A DNA stretch of 64,000 bases from the human T2T-CHM13v2.0 reference genome, Homo sapiens, in NCBI GenBank assembly GCA_009914755.4, contig CP068257.2:10784001-10848000 (forward strand). Reading direction: 5' to 3'. How positions within the stretch are numbered: position 1 is the stretch's first letter; each line of letters opens with the position of its first letter. The position numbers and the translations under genes are program-made. Positions 1 through 14,505 of this stretch are shown here, piece by piece. A model generated the notes under the pieces. It did no database searches, was not told the origin of the DNA, and was given only the letters and a program-made list of their open reading frames with translations.

Positions 1-1210
1 GGGCTCTCCGTCCTTTCCTTTGCTCCTGAGCGCTCTCTGGGGTGGGGGGCTCAGCGAGCTTCAAGAGGTGGCCGAGATTCCCCCACCTCGCCCCCAGATC
101 CCCGGGAGAGGTCAGCACGGCCCCTCCCTTGGGTGTCACAGAGACCGATGCGGGTCCCGCTCCCCGGGAAGGAGTGGGTCTGGGTCCAGTCCGCAGGATC
201 CCCTCGCGGATGCTGACGCTGAATGGAGTTGAGGTGGGGGCAGCGCTGGACCCCAGGGTCCCTGCCTGCCTCCTGGGGAGCCCGGTGACCCAGGCAGCCC
301 TGGTGAGGCCGCAGGAGTCTGGGCCCTAGCGACGCACCCGGGCTCCCACAGGACGAATGTAGACGGTGAGGCCAAGGACGCCCTGCTGCCCTCGGGACTG
401 TCCCTCCAGCCCCCAGCTTTCCGTGGCTATTGGGCCCCCTCTGCAGAGGGGCAGGGGAGCCCACCCTGGATCCTGAGGCGCCGAGCTTGAGGGACCCCAG
501 AGCTCCAGCCAGGCCGCTTTCTTTGAGGATGGTGAAGCTGAGGTCCCGAGGAGGGCAGGGGCAGGTCCCGGGCGCTCCTCAGGCAAAGGGAGCCGATTTA
601 GGGGCTGGGGTCACAGGAGGGGCTTCTGCGACCTCTAGGGCCCTAGAGCCCGGGAGGATGAGAGACTGGGGGCCTTTCGTCCACCCCTGGGGCTGGGCAG
701 ACGCTCAGCCTGTGCAACCCGAAGCTGCTTCTGCCCAGTCCCAGCCGCGGCCCCTTTAAGAGGGGGTGGTGCTTCAGCCTGGCGCCAGGGACGCTGCCAG
801 CATGCAGGCCCCGACGGAAGCCGAGACTGCGCTTCGTGCGAGGCCCGGGCAGCATCGGCGGCGTGGTCAGAGCGAGTCTCGGAGAAGATGTGGTGGCTTC
901 CGTTTGTTGGTGGAGGAGGTGGCAGGCCTCGGCGGTAAGTGGAGGGGGATGAACCCCACCTGGAACCCTCTGGGTCTCCCTACTCCTTCCCGGCCGCTCC
1001 CTGCTTTCGGGCCCTCACTTCTAAGTGGGCATCTGGGCCCGAGTCGTCAGCGTTGGGGCGGTTGTGGGATCCGGGCCTCGGCAGCGTCCACACCCCCGCC
1101 GGGAAGGCTATGCCCCTGTCCGACCCACGTCCAGCCTATAGGAGCGCCCTGGCCCAGAGCCGGCGGTGAAGCGCTGGACTGGGTCCCTCCGAGCCCCACG
1201 GGCCTCTGAG
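1..1210. promoter_or_regulatory. CpG island (truncated by window start); candidate promoter
   Basis: Dense CpG dinucleotides and very high G+C over 1-1210, in sharp contrast to the AT-rich remainder. No interspersed repeat inside. GC content drops abruptly at ~1210. Confidence 0.6.
766..934 (+). other. candidate 5' exon ending at a consensus splice donor (GCG|GTAAGT; GT at 935-936)
   Basis: ATG codons at 766/787/886 in the GC-rich island, followed by GGTAAGTGG at 934-942. No recognisable protein homology, so the gene is unidentified. Confidence 0.2.
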
Positions 1211-1403
1211 CTGGGGTCTAGGGTTATTTTTTATGCCTCAGGACCTTTAGAAAGAGACCTCGCTAGAGCAGGGGACATCTGTAGTTTCAATTCTTTGAGG
1301 AGTTTCCAGCTATTTAACTGTTTTCCATGGTGTGTACCCTAATTTTCATTTCCACCTACAGTGTATGAGTTCCCCTTTCTCCAAAACCAAACCCCCATTC
1401 CAA

Positions 1404-1702
1404 TTTGTTTTTGTTTTTGTTATTTTGAGACGGAGTCTCGCTCTGTCTCCAAGGCTGGAGCGCAGTGGCGCCATCTCGGCTCACTGCAACCTCTACCTCC
1501 CGGTTTCAAGCAATTCTCCTGTGTAGCTGGGACTACAGGCGCCCGCCACCACGCCCGGGTAATTTTTGTATTTTTATTTTTAGTAGAGACGGGGTTTCAC
1601 GATATTTGTCAGGCTGGTCTGAAACTCGTGACCTCAGGTGATCCACCCGCCTTGGCTTCCCAAAGTGCTGGGATTACAGACGTGAGCCACGGCTCCCAGA
1701 CC
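1404..1702 (-). mobile_element. Alu SINE (antisense), full length with poly-T (tail) at 1404-1425
   Basis: Reverse-complement Alu consensus: GAGACGGAGTCTCGCTCTGTC...GGCTGGAGCGCAGTGGCGC...CCTCCCAAAGTGCTGGGATTACAG...GTGAGCCAC. Confidence 0.9.
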
Positions 1703-1749
1703 CTCCTATTTTTAAAAAAATTTTCTAGGAATATTCAATAAGTGTGAGA

Positions 1750-2700
1750 CTATCTGCGTGTGGTTTTGAATTACAGTATTCTAATGAATAGTTAATTTTG
1801 AGGACCTTATCTCTTATCTGTTGTTCGATTTTATATCTGTGCAGAATTGTCTCTTCAGGTTATTTGCGAAATATTAGATTGGATTCTTTTTCTACTTTGT
1901 ACTCTTTTTTGTGTACACGTTAGTTGACAACTCCTCGTGAATTACATGATTGCCTGAAATTTTTGCATAATCTATGGGATGCTTTTTTATTTGGAAAGTA
2001 GTTTTCTTTGCTATGCAGAAACTTTTCACGTTGATGTAGTCCCATATTTTTTTTTTTTTGCGTTTTATGCGTGTCATAATGGTCACCCATATTAGAAAAT
2101 ATGCATCAGTAACAAAGCATTTAATTGTCAGTGAGGTTTTTCTTCCAGGGTGTTTGTTTCTTTTCCTCTTTGCAAAGGTTAACAGAGATTCAAGTGACCC
2201 AAAATATATGCTCAACCTGTGTTTTACTTAAGTAAACACAGTAATTTTTTAAAAAACATTTTGTGGTTTATGGTATTTTGTTTTGGCCTTCAGTTGATGG
2301 GGGGGGCGGTTGATTTTCATACATCGTGTAAAATAAGGGTCCTGTTTCTCGCTTTTGCATCCGGATATCATTTTTCTCAAAGCTATTCATTGATCAGACT
2401 CTGCCTTCCACGTTGTGGTGTTCTTTATCAAAGTCAGTTGACTGTGTCCATATTTGTGTTGTTTTTGTCCTCCCTGTTTTTGTCCATAGTTCTAGGTATT
2501 TCTTTTTATGCAAGTACCATATATCTACTGCATAACTACAACTTGGCAATTTAATTTGATATCAAGGATTATGGGTTCTCACTTTGATTGTATTTCTCAA
2601 GATTCCTTTAGATATTCATTGCTTTTGTGGTTCCCTGTGATTTTTAGCACTATGTATTTATTTCTGTTAATTTTTTTACAACATAAAGGGCCATAATTAG
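1750..2700 (-). mobile_element. old L1 (LINE-1) ORF2 fragment, antisense
   Basis: Diverged matches to the antisense L1 ORF2 region (e.g. GCTATGCAGAAACTTTTCACGTTGATGTAGTCCCAT vs L1 GCTGTGCAGAAGCTCTTTAGTTTAATTAGATCCCAT). Boundaries are approximate. Confidence 0.45.
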
Positions 2701-3850
2701 GGGTACATTTTTATACATATATATTGGGTAATGATCAAATCAGGGTACTTAGGATCTCTATTCCCTCATACAGGTATTATTTTTGTGTAAAGAGAACATT
2801 CAAAATTCTCCTTGCTCTTTAGAAAAATGTAATACGGTTAAGTCCAGTCACCAGGCTGAGGAGAACACTCAGATTTATTCTTTTAATGTTAAGATAACTT
2901 TGTTTCCATAACCAATCCTTCTCCATTCCCCTTCTGTCTCCCGGACTCTGGTAACCAATATTGTGCTTTCTACTTCTTTAAGATAAACATCTTAAGATTT
3001 CACATGAGTGGTATCATGCAGTGTTTGTCTTTCTAGGCCTAGCTCATCACATTTAACATAATGTTTTCCAGGTTCATCTGGGTTGCTCTAAATGACACTG
3101 TTTGATTATTCTGATAGCCGAAGAATATTCCCCAGTGTATGTATATGAGAGTTTCTTGATCTCTTTATCTGTGGGTGAACAGGTAGGTTGAATGTATAGC
3201 CAGTAGTGGGACTGCTAGATGGTATGGTATTTCCTTTTTTTTTTTCTATTGTTTGCAGGACCCCCAACTGTTTTTTATAGTGTTAATACCAATTTACATT
3301 TCCACAAACAGTCCCCCTTTCTGGAAATTCATACTAGGAATTTTCTTTTTAAATATTTTAATCTTTTTGTGATGTTCATTCTAGTTGGAGTGAGATAAGA
3401 TCTGAGAGTGGTTTTGATCTACATTTTTCTCATGAGTAGTAATGTTAACCACGTTTTTATAAATGTTGAATCTGTTTTCTGTCTTCTTTGCACAAATATC
3501 TACTCAGGTTATTTGCCCAATTTTGGTCTGGTTATTTCTCTGTTGTTTTGTTTTTTTGCCAGCTGTTAGTGTTACTGGCTTGTGCCTTTTCAAAAGTAAC
3601 CTGTTATCCACTGTATGTTTGCCCAAACTTTTCTTATAAGTTTTAGTATGCCTTTTCATTTTGTTCGTTCTTTCCTTTTTTGGGCACAAATTCTTCAGTT
3701 TGATGAGGTACCACATGTGTATAATTTCTTGGTTAGTGTGCTATTGTTTACTAATCAAGAAAAAACAAAATCAGTGCCAAAGCAGTCCATTGTCAGTGAT
3801 TTTTCCCTTGTATTTTTGTTACTTTTTGCAAACTGTGAGCATACATCCAA
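2700..3850 (-). mobile_element. old L1 3' portion (ORF2 C-terminal region + 3' UTR), antisense
   Basis: Antisense L1 hallmark ...CAATTTACATTTCCACAAACAGT... (vs AGTTTACAGTCCCACCAACAGTG), followed by ...GAGTGAGATAAGATCTGAGAGTGGTTTTGATCTACATTTTTCTCATGAG... (vs GTGTGAGATGGTATCTCATTGTGGTTTTGATTTGCATTTCTCTGATGG). Confidence 0.6.
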
Positions 3851-4250
3851 GTTTCCCTAAATATACACACACTCGAGGTTGTGTTTATAAGAGCTTTATG
3901 GTTGCAAGTTTTGTGAATTATTTCTGTATTATTTAGTACCACACTTTTTGTATTATTTAGTACACTAAATATATTTTGTATTATTTAGTATAAATACAAA
4001 ATAATACAAAATAAAAATATTTTTTATTATTTAGTACACACTATTTGTATTATTTAGTACCACACTTTTTGCAAACCGTGAGCATACATCCAAGCTTCCC
4101 TAAATATACACACACTCGAGGTTGTGTTTATAAGAGCTTTATGGTTGCAAGTTTTGTGAATAATCTTTAATCCTTTTGAGTTAAAGTGTTTTTTTTGGTA
4201 CCACAAGAGTCCTGTATTATTTAGTACCACAAGAGTCCTGTATTATTCTT
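3822..4250. repeat. local tandem duplication / minisatellite
   Basis: A ~100-bp segment (TTTTTGCAAACTGTGAGCATACATCCAAGTTTCCCTAAATATACACACACTCGAGGTTGTGTTTATAAGAGCTTTATGGTTGCAAGTTTTGTGAAT) occurs at 3822-3920 and again at 4065-4163. GTATTATTTAGTAC(CA) is reiterated between the copies. TACCACAAGAGTCCTGTATTATT is duplicated at 4197-4250. Confidence 0.7.
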
Positions 4251-4559
4251 TTGCATATGGATATCTAGTTTTGGAAACCTTCCCCATTGTGTTGTTTTGG
4301 TGGTGTTTTGAAAAATGTGTTCACTCTGTGTAAATTTGTGTTTATTATTGAGCGCTCTCATTTTGCTCACTGGTCTGTGTTTCTCTGTGTATGCCAGTAA
4401 CATATGGATTGGTTAACTAGGGATTTTCGTTTAATTCGAACTCAGGGAATGTGATGCAGCCCATATGGTTTGTATTTCTCAGGATTGCTTTAGAAATTCA
4501 GGGTGTTTCGTATTTCCACATAAATTTTGGCATTGTTTCTTTGTATTTCTTAAAACACT

Positions 4560-6260
4560 ATTTGCCATACACTAAGTGTATATAAGTAGAGGGTACAAGG
4601 AAGATTTCGATACATGTATATGTTGAGTAATGAAAAAATCAAGTTATTTAGCATCTCTTCACCTCATAGTTACTACTTTTTGAGTGGTAACAACATTCAG
4701 AATCTTTCCTTCTAGCTACTTTGAAATATATGATACATTTGTATTAAGGCTAGTCACCCTGCTGTAGAATAGAAGACCAGAATTGATTACTGTCATCTAA
4801 GAGTAACTTTGTACCCATTACTGATTCCTTCCCCGACCCTCTCCACCTCCCCAGCAGCCTCTGGTAATCCCTATTGAACTTTCTACTTCTAGGAGATAAA
4901 GCTTTTTTCAGTCTACATGTCTGAGATCACGTGGCATGGGACTTTCTCTGCCAGGCTCATTTGTTGGACCTGATGTTCTCCAGGTTTCTTCATGTGGCTG
5001 CAGATGGCAGGATTTCCCAAAGCTTTATGGCTGAAACATATTCCGTGGTGTATCTGTATGGCAGTTTCTTCATCCCTGAAGCTGTGTACGGACAGGTAGG
5101 TTGGTTTTGTATCTTGGCCACAGTTAGGGGTGCTTTAGTACCCATGGGAAGGCAGGTAACTCTCTTCAACCTAGGGATTTCAAGTGCTTTAATTGTGGAA
5201 CCAGTGATGGGGCTTCTAGCTGACATGGTAGTTGTACTGTGAATTTTTTCAGGAACCTCTAGCTGTTTTTCATAGTGTGTATACTAATTTACATCCCCAC
5301 CAATAGCATTTAAGAGGTTTCTCTTCTGTAAGTCTACACTGGCTGTCACCTTTAAAAATTTGTGTTTTGTTTGTCTTTGGTAGTATTCATTCTGAGTGGA
5401 ATGAGATGGACTCTTAGTGTGGTTTTTGTGGACATTTTTGTGAGGATTGGTGATGTCGAGAAAGTTATTTGAGAAATCCCCACATCGTTTTCCATGGTGT
5501 CTGAACTAGTTTGCATTTCTACCAACAGCAGACCAGCATCCTCTCCTCCTCTGCCTCGCTGGCATTCATTCTTGTGGACTGTGTCATAATTGTCATTCCG
5601 ACCAGTGTGAAATACTATCTCATGGGCCTTTTGCTTTGCATTTCTCTGATGATTACTGAGGTAGAGAAATGTCCTGTCCGTTGGTTGCTATAAACCTTCC
5701 TTTGAGATGTGTGTTTTCATGCCCTTTGCCCTTTCTTCACTGAGTTTTTGTTTTGCTGATTTATTTGCTTAACATTTTTGAGGTAGATCCTGGAAATCAG
5801 ACTTCATGAGATGCATATGTGGGGACATTTTCTCCCATTGTGTAGGCTTTCTGTTTACTCTGTTGGTAATTTCTTCTGCTGTTCAGCAGCTCTTTTATAT
5901 ATTAGGTCCCACTTGTCAATAATTGTTTTAGTTGCACTTGCTTTTGGGGACTTAGGCATATCCATGCTGTGCCAAATCCTCTGTCAGGAAGTGTATTTCC
6001 TAGGTTCCCTTGCAGGCTTTTAATAGTTTGAGGTCTTGCATTTACAGCTTTCATTCATCTTGCGTTAATTTCTGTACATGGTGAGACACAGGGGCCCACT
6101 GTTTTTCTTCTGCAACTGGCTAGCCGTTTTATCCCAGCACCATCTATTGAGAGGAGGGAGTTCTTTCTCCAAAGCTTGTTTGTGTGGTTTTTGTTGAAGA
6201 TGAAGAAATAGTGTCAACCTGGTGTTTGATGTCCAATGTTCACCAGGCTCCAGGTGGACA
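4560..6260 (-). mobile_element. old L1 3' portion (~1.7 kb of ORF2 C-terminus + 3' UTR), antisense
   Basis: Long colinear match to antisense L1: ...CTAATTTACATCCCCACCAATAGCATTTAAGAG..., ...CAGTGTGAAATACTATCTCATGGGCCTTTTGCTTTGCATTTCTCTGATGATTACTGAGG..., ...TTTTCTCCCATTGTGTAGGCTTTCTGTTTACTCTGTTGGTAATTTCTTCTGCTGTTCAGCAGCTCTTT..., ...CAGCACCATCTATTGAGAGGAGGGAGTTCTTTCTCC... Confidence 0.7.
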
Positions 6261-6529
6261 CCTCTAGAAGTAGATCTTTACAGATGAGAACCTGGAACTG
6301 GTTTGCTGACCCGTTTTAGTCGGAATGAATTCCTGACCTTCTTGTCAGGAGGAGACAGAAACCTGATCATCTGTAGTGTACGGTGGTATCGTGATTACTT
6401 AAATCATCAAATGTGGTTATTGGGAATGATGTGTTTTTTCAAGTGGTATATGAGAGGTAAAATTGCTATTGTAGTTGACTGTTGCAGTTATAATTTTGTC
6501 AACATGGTCTGTAAGAGTGCAATGGAGTC

Positions 6530-6905
<376 letters not shown>

Positions 6906-8240
6906 CTAAAGCCTAGAGAATATATGAGGCATAGATTTACATGGTGTTTGACTAAGGCATGCAGAATATAATCTTGACATAGGCTAAGTTTATCAACATG
7001 GATACATAGAGATTCTGAAGTTAAAGTCTTAGCCCAAGAAGTTAGAAGGGGTGCTCAAGTTTGTCTGACAGAAACTGTGAATCCACACTGGCCTGCTTAT
7101 TTTGAGGTTGTGTTGCCAGAGCTTTCCTAGCATAATAAAGAGAGGTGCATACAAAGGAATAGGAATAGTAGGAGGTGGGGGTAAAAATATCAGGTGTGAT
7201 CCACATGCCAAGCCGACCCCCACTGTGTCCCACAGGAAGCCCCAGAAGATGTTTCTCTAAGAAATTAAGGATTCGTTTGTTGGGGAGGGCTGCTGGCATG
7301 TTTGAAAAGTACTGTGACGGCTGAATTTTGTGGGCTTGGGGAGATTGTGGGTTCTCTGATTTCAAGGGGAATGATGTGATCCTAGAACAAGTGACAGTGG
7401 AGGCGCTTATGCTTTGTGATTGCACTAGAGACAAGGAAGACACAACTAGAATAATGGGGAGCAGGAATGGAGCGGCCAACAGAATATCTGACTGCTAGGG
7501 ATCTTTGATGAAGGCTGATTCTTAGGGAGTGAACTAGATCAGTGACCAACTATTTGTCTTTATATAACTGGGTAATGTGGATGGATTCTAATAAAGGGAC
7601 TACTTACAGCACAGCAGGAAAGACACAAAGAAACCAGACAGAAGAGTGTAAGTAGTAAGGGGCCAAGCAGTCACCTGACTAGAGAGAGTGCCAGCTTGCC
7701 AAGAAGGCACCAGACAGAAGCTGTGATCTTCAGCAAAGGGACACAGTCTGCCTGTGCTGACCCTGCAGGGGCAGAGGTGGGGGATAAACACACTCTTCTC
7801 TCACCTATCTTCTGCCACCCCCTCCATTAGCTGAACCCCAATAAAAGCATGAGGGTAAGGGAGATCTCTGCAGTATCCAATTCAGGTGAGCCTCCTAAGG
7901 AACAAAGCAGAACGTAGAAAAATTAAGAATGGGTCTAGGGAATAAAATAGAGATATGCACCGGAGTATGATGATGTGTCTGGGAAAGAATATACAAATAC
8001 TTTTAAAATTACTAGACAATAAACCTGAGATGACACTAATACAGGTAAATCTCATTTAATGGTAATATATTCCAAGAAATGCATCATTACGTGATTTTGT
8101 GGCTGTGCAGACACCATAGAATGTAGTTTATACAAACCTAGACAGTGTAGCCTACAACATACCTAGGCTATATCGTACAGCCTATTGCTCCTGGGCTACA
8201 CACCTGTGCAGCACGTCACTGTGCTGAATACAGTAGGCCA

Positions 8241-8879
<639 letters not shown>

Positions 8880-8944
8880 TGTAGGCAGTTATATCACAAT
8901 AGTAATATCTAAACATGGAAAAGATACAGTAAAAACATAGTACA

Positions 8945-9264
<320 letters not shown>

Positions 9265-9881
9265 CTAGCATGAACAGAGGTTGCAGGACTGGCAGTTGCT
9301 CTGATGAGTCAGTGAGTACTTGGTGAGTGAATGCAAAGGCCTAGGATATTACTGTACATAACTATAGACTTTATATGCACTGTACACTTAGGCTACACTA
9401 AATGTATTTGAAATTTTTCTTTCTTTAACAAGTTCATCTTAGCTTATCGTAACTTCATAAACTTTTAATTTTTTTAACTTTTTGATTCTTATAATAACAC
9501 ATCTTAAAACAAAAACACATTGAACAGCTGTACAGAAATACTTTATATCCTTATTCGATAAGCTTTATTTATTTTTATTTTTTATGTTTTAAACTTTTTT
9601 GTTAAAAACTAAGATACAAACACACACACTAGCTTAGCCCTGTAAGGGTCAGGATAATCAATATCACTGTCTTCCATCTCCAAATCTTGTCCCAGTGAAA
9701 GGTCTTCAGGGTCTTCAAGGGCAATAACATATATGCAGCTGTCATCTTCTATGATAACAAGGCTTTCTTCTGGAAGAACTCCTGAAAGACCTTCCCGACG
9801 CTGTTTTATAGTTAATTATTTTTCATGAGTAGAAGTACTACACTCTAAAATATGAATAAAATGTATAGTATTGTAAATACT

Positions 9882-10294
9882 GTTGATCCTTGAACAGTGC
9901 AAGGGTTAGGGGACCAGCTCCTGTGCAGTTGAAAATCCATATATAACTCTGGGCTATCCCCAAACTTAACTACTAATAGCCTATTCTTAACTGCAAGCTT
10001 TGCTGATCAAATAAACAATTAATGCATAATTTGTTAATTATATACTGTATTCTTAAAGAAAGAGAAAAGAAAATTCTATTAAGAAAATCATAAGGAGGAG
10101 AAAATATGTTTACTGTTCATTAAGTGAAAGTGGATCATCATAAAGGTCTTCGTCTGCATATTCATGTTGAGCAGCCTGAGGAAGAGAAGAGGAGAAGTTG
10201 ATCCTGTTGTCTCAGGGGTGGGAGAAACAGAAGGAAATTTGCATATAAGTGAACTTGTGCATTTCAAATCCATGCTGTTCAAGGAGCAACTGTA
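9882..10294. mobile_element. Tigger-like (TcMar) non-autonomous DNA transposon / MITE (~410 bp)
   Basis: Inverted termini GTTGATCCTTGAACAGTGCAAGGGTT (left) and, on the right, the reverse complement CAGTTGCTCCTTGAACAGCATGGATTT. Both resemble the Tigger TIR CAGTTGACCCTTGAACAACACGGGTTTGAAC. An internal GCAGTTGAAAATCCATATATAACT motif is also present. Confidence 0.55.
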
Positions 10295-10705
10295 CATAAA
10301 CTAGTCACATGGTCATTTATTATCATTAACAAGTATGACATATGGTACATAATTAGATGTGCTAACCTTTAATGCCACTGACAAATGTAGTGGGTTTGCT
10401 TATACCAGCCTCACTGCAAACACATGAGTAATGCGTTGTGCTATGATGTCATCATGGCCACAGTGTTACTAGATGGTAAGAATTTTTCAGCTCTGTTATC
10501 TTAAGCGACCACCATTGTATGCAGTGTAGCATTTACCAAAAAACCATTATGCCACACAGGACCATATTTGGGGCTTTTAGTGTCCCCTGTCCCCAAGATC
10601 CTTCTATTCAAAATGTGAGCTCATGCATGGTTTAAAATTTGTGATGGTGTGCAGTGGACACATGGTGGATTGACATATTTTTTTCTTTACTTTTGAATAG
10701 TTGGA

Positions 10706-11006
10706 TTTTTTTTTTCAAGACAGAGTCTCACTCTGTCACCCAGGCTGGAGTGCAGTGGCGCGATCTCAGCTCACTGCAAGCTCGCAAGCTCTACCTTCTG
10801 GGTTCACGCCATTCTCCTGCCTCAGCCTCCTGAGTAGCTGGGACTACAGGTGCCCACCACCAGGCCCAGCTAATTTTTTTGTATTTTTAGGCGAGACTGG
10901 ATTTCACTGTATTAGCCACGATGTTCTTGATCTCCTGACCTCCTGATCCGCCCACCTTGGCCTTCCAAAGTGCTGGGATTACAGGTGTGAGCCACCAAGC
11001 CCAGCC
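10706..11006 (-). mobile_element. Alu SINE (antisense), full length
   Basis: (T)11 CAAGACAGAGTCTCACTCTGTCACCCAGGCTGGAGTGCAGTGGCGCGATCTCAGCTCACTGCAAGC...CCAAAGTGCTGGGATTACAGGTGTGAGCCACCAAGCCCAGCC. Confidence 0.95.
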
Positions 11007-11856
11007 GAAGATGACTTCTTAAAATAGACACGAAGTATGAAAATACTTGTAGCCCAAGTAAATTCTTATTAGAGGGAATCCACTGAAGAGGAGTAATCGT
11101 ATGCATACAATGACATGTTATATAATAGATGTTAGTCAGCTGATACTTGTTCAATGGGCTCATGAACAGATGCACATAATATTAAGGATAGAAGGTATTC
11201 ACGACTTTACATAATCAAATTGTATCTGGACCAATGTAGAACAACTAAGGCTAATATGACAGCCTTCCCTCAGGGGCTACCCAGTCAACTTGCAGATTGA
11301 TGACATTGAAACCCATCCCTCAGGGATTTTGTTCTCACTGAAATAGACACTTATTCTGGGTACGAACTCACCTTTTACATTTGCAATTTTTCTGCTGGTA
11401 CTACCATGAGTGAACTTAAATAATTTGTTATTCACCATCATGATATCCCATACAACATTGTTTTTGACTAAGGAATTCATTTCACTGCAAAAAAAATATG
11501 GTATTAGGCTCATGTTTGTGCAATTCATTGGATTTACAACATAATCCCTATCACCTAGAAGAATCTGACATGATGGAATGGAATCATGTAACTCAGTTAA
11601 TGCTCCCAGCTGGTAAACAACACATAGTGAGGTTGGGATGTTGTCCTACAGTGTGTGGTATAAACTTAGAGTCAGTGACCACCGTGTAGTGTTATTTATC
11701 TTACAACAAAAACACATGAATCTGAAAGTCAAGGGGAGGGGGCTCCCTGCACTATTATGCCTAATTTGCACTTGCAGACTTTTTCTTCCCTTTTGTGAAA
11801 CTTTGGGTTCTCCTCATTTAGAGATAATGATTCCCCAGGGAGGAAACTAACTTCTT

Positions 11857-12908
<1,052 letters not shown>

Positions 12909-13570
12909 GCTTAAGATGACAGGTTTCATTAAGTGGAAGCTGAAATACCATTTGGGGATATTTAGTTCTTCTTGAAACTAACGGTAAAGAAAACAGCAGA
13001 CCTATTAACAGGTAATTGATCTAGAGATAGCCAAGGTGAAATTGGGTTTCTCTATTCAGTAGGGGCAGGGAGGACTATGTGTGGAACACAGGAGTATCTC
13101 AGTCATTCCATGTGTGATAGTACATGAAAGAGATGAGCAGTTGTAGTGCTGTTCACTGTGCAAAAGTATCCCTTCTTCCTAACGTGGGAGGGCTGCTTTT
13201 GCAAATATGTCTGTGCTATTTCTCACTGGTCCTGCCTCTTCTGTTCTTGGAATCAAACTCAGTCCACGACAGATCCCACTACTAGCTGAATTTCTTTATT
13301 AGTCCTATCACAAATGAAATTTTGTATTAGCACCTCAGGGGATTTCTTTAATTTTGCAAAAGTATGTCATCCTAATTTATTATTTTTTTCCTAAGATCTG
13401 GCAATGAGCATCGGTTCTCTGCTTCCTATCTTACCCTGCTCACTCACAGCTGCTTCAGGTGACCTCCTTTTTAGGTTCAGAGTTATGGCTGACCTCGGCT
13501 TTAATCAAAACGAATGTATTTTGGTTTCTCATTTTGTTTATTGCTTCTGTCTTCAAATTAGAAATCCTAG

Positions 13571-13882
<312 letters not shown>

Positions 13883-13934
13883 CGATTTTTATGACCATGA
13901 ATGGGGACAGATTTCTTAAACAGATCACAATGAG

Positions 13935-14505
13935 CCATAGTTTTAAGGGAATAAGTTGATAAATTAGACTATATTCAAATTAAGAATTTCTGTTTATTAA
14001 GAGACACCACTAAGAAAGTGACAAGACAAGTTGCAGAGTGGAAACAGATCTATGAACACAGAACTGACAGAGGGCTCACATCAACAATATGTAAAGAGCT
14101 CTTAAAAATCACTAAGAGAAAGAACAATGGGTAAAACACTTAAACGTGTAATTTATAAAAGCAAAACTTGAATGTGTTCAGCTTTCTTAGTATTCATGTA
14201 AATGCAAATTAACATCACAACAGGATAACATATCCTCCAAAACGGCTAAAATGTAAAAGATAGAACACCAAGTGTTGGAGAGAATCTGGAGCAACAAGAA
14301 CTCTCATCACTGCTGGAGGGGATACTGTGTTTGGCATTGAATAAAGGTTCTAGAAAGGAGCACATTTAGGACTCAGGTATTTCACTCTTAGGATAACAGA
14401 AACGCATGCACATCTGCATCAAAAGACATCTATGGAAATGTGTGTGGCATCATTCTCTGTCATTGGAAAAATATCTTGAAACAAAACCCAAATGTGACTT
14501 CTGTT
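13935..14505 (+). mobile_element. old L1 ORF2 C-terminal fragment (sense)
   Basis: AAATGCAAATTAACATCACAACAGGATAACATATCCTCCAAAACGGCTAAAATGTAAAAGATAGAACACCAAGTGTTGGAGAGAATCTGGAGCAACAAGAACTCTCATCACTGCTGGAGGGGATACTGTGTTTGGC, compared with L1 GAAATGCAAATCAAAACCACAATGAGATACCATCTCACACCAGTTAGAATGGC...GGTGCTGGAGAGGATGTGGAGAAATAGGAACACTTTTACACTGTTGGTGGGACTG. Confidence 0.65.

Noticed and set aside
20-1209. Overlapping ORFs of 70-147 aa in the GC-rich island (both strands)
   Set aside because: High-GC sequence depletes stop codons in several frames. The peptides are P/G/R/A-rich and low-complexity and overlap one another. None resembles a known protein. Only the exon/donor arrangement at 766-934 was retained, as a low-confidence feature.
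1332-1741. ORFs inside Alu copies (e.g. 1361-1741, 6621-6884, 8468-8677, 10701-10946, 13601-13813, 15582-15812)
   Set aside because: Alu-derived sequence; these frames are open in most Alus and are not coding.
7042-7479. 145-aa minus-strand ORF beginning MAAPFLLPIILVVSSLSLVQSQS (signal-peptide-like N-terminus)
   Set aside because: Isolated ORF in repeat-dense, AT-rich intergenic DNA. It has no splice or promoter context, no recognisable homology and low-complexity downstream sequence. A hydrophobic start followed by a small-residue stretch occurs by chance often enough that I cannot support a gene call.
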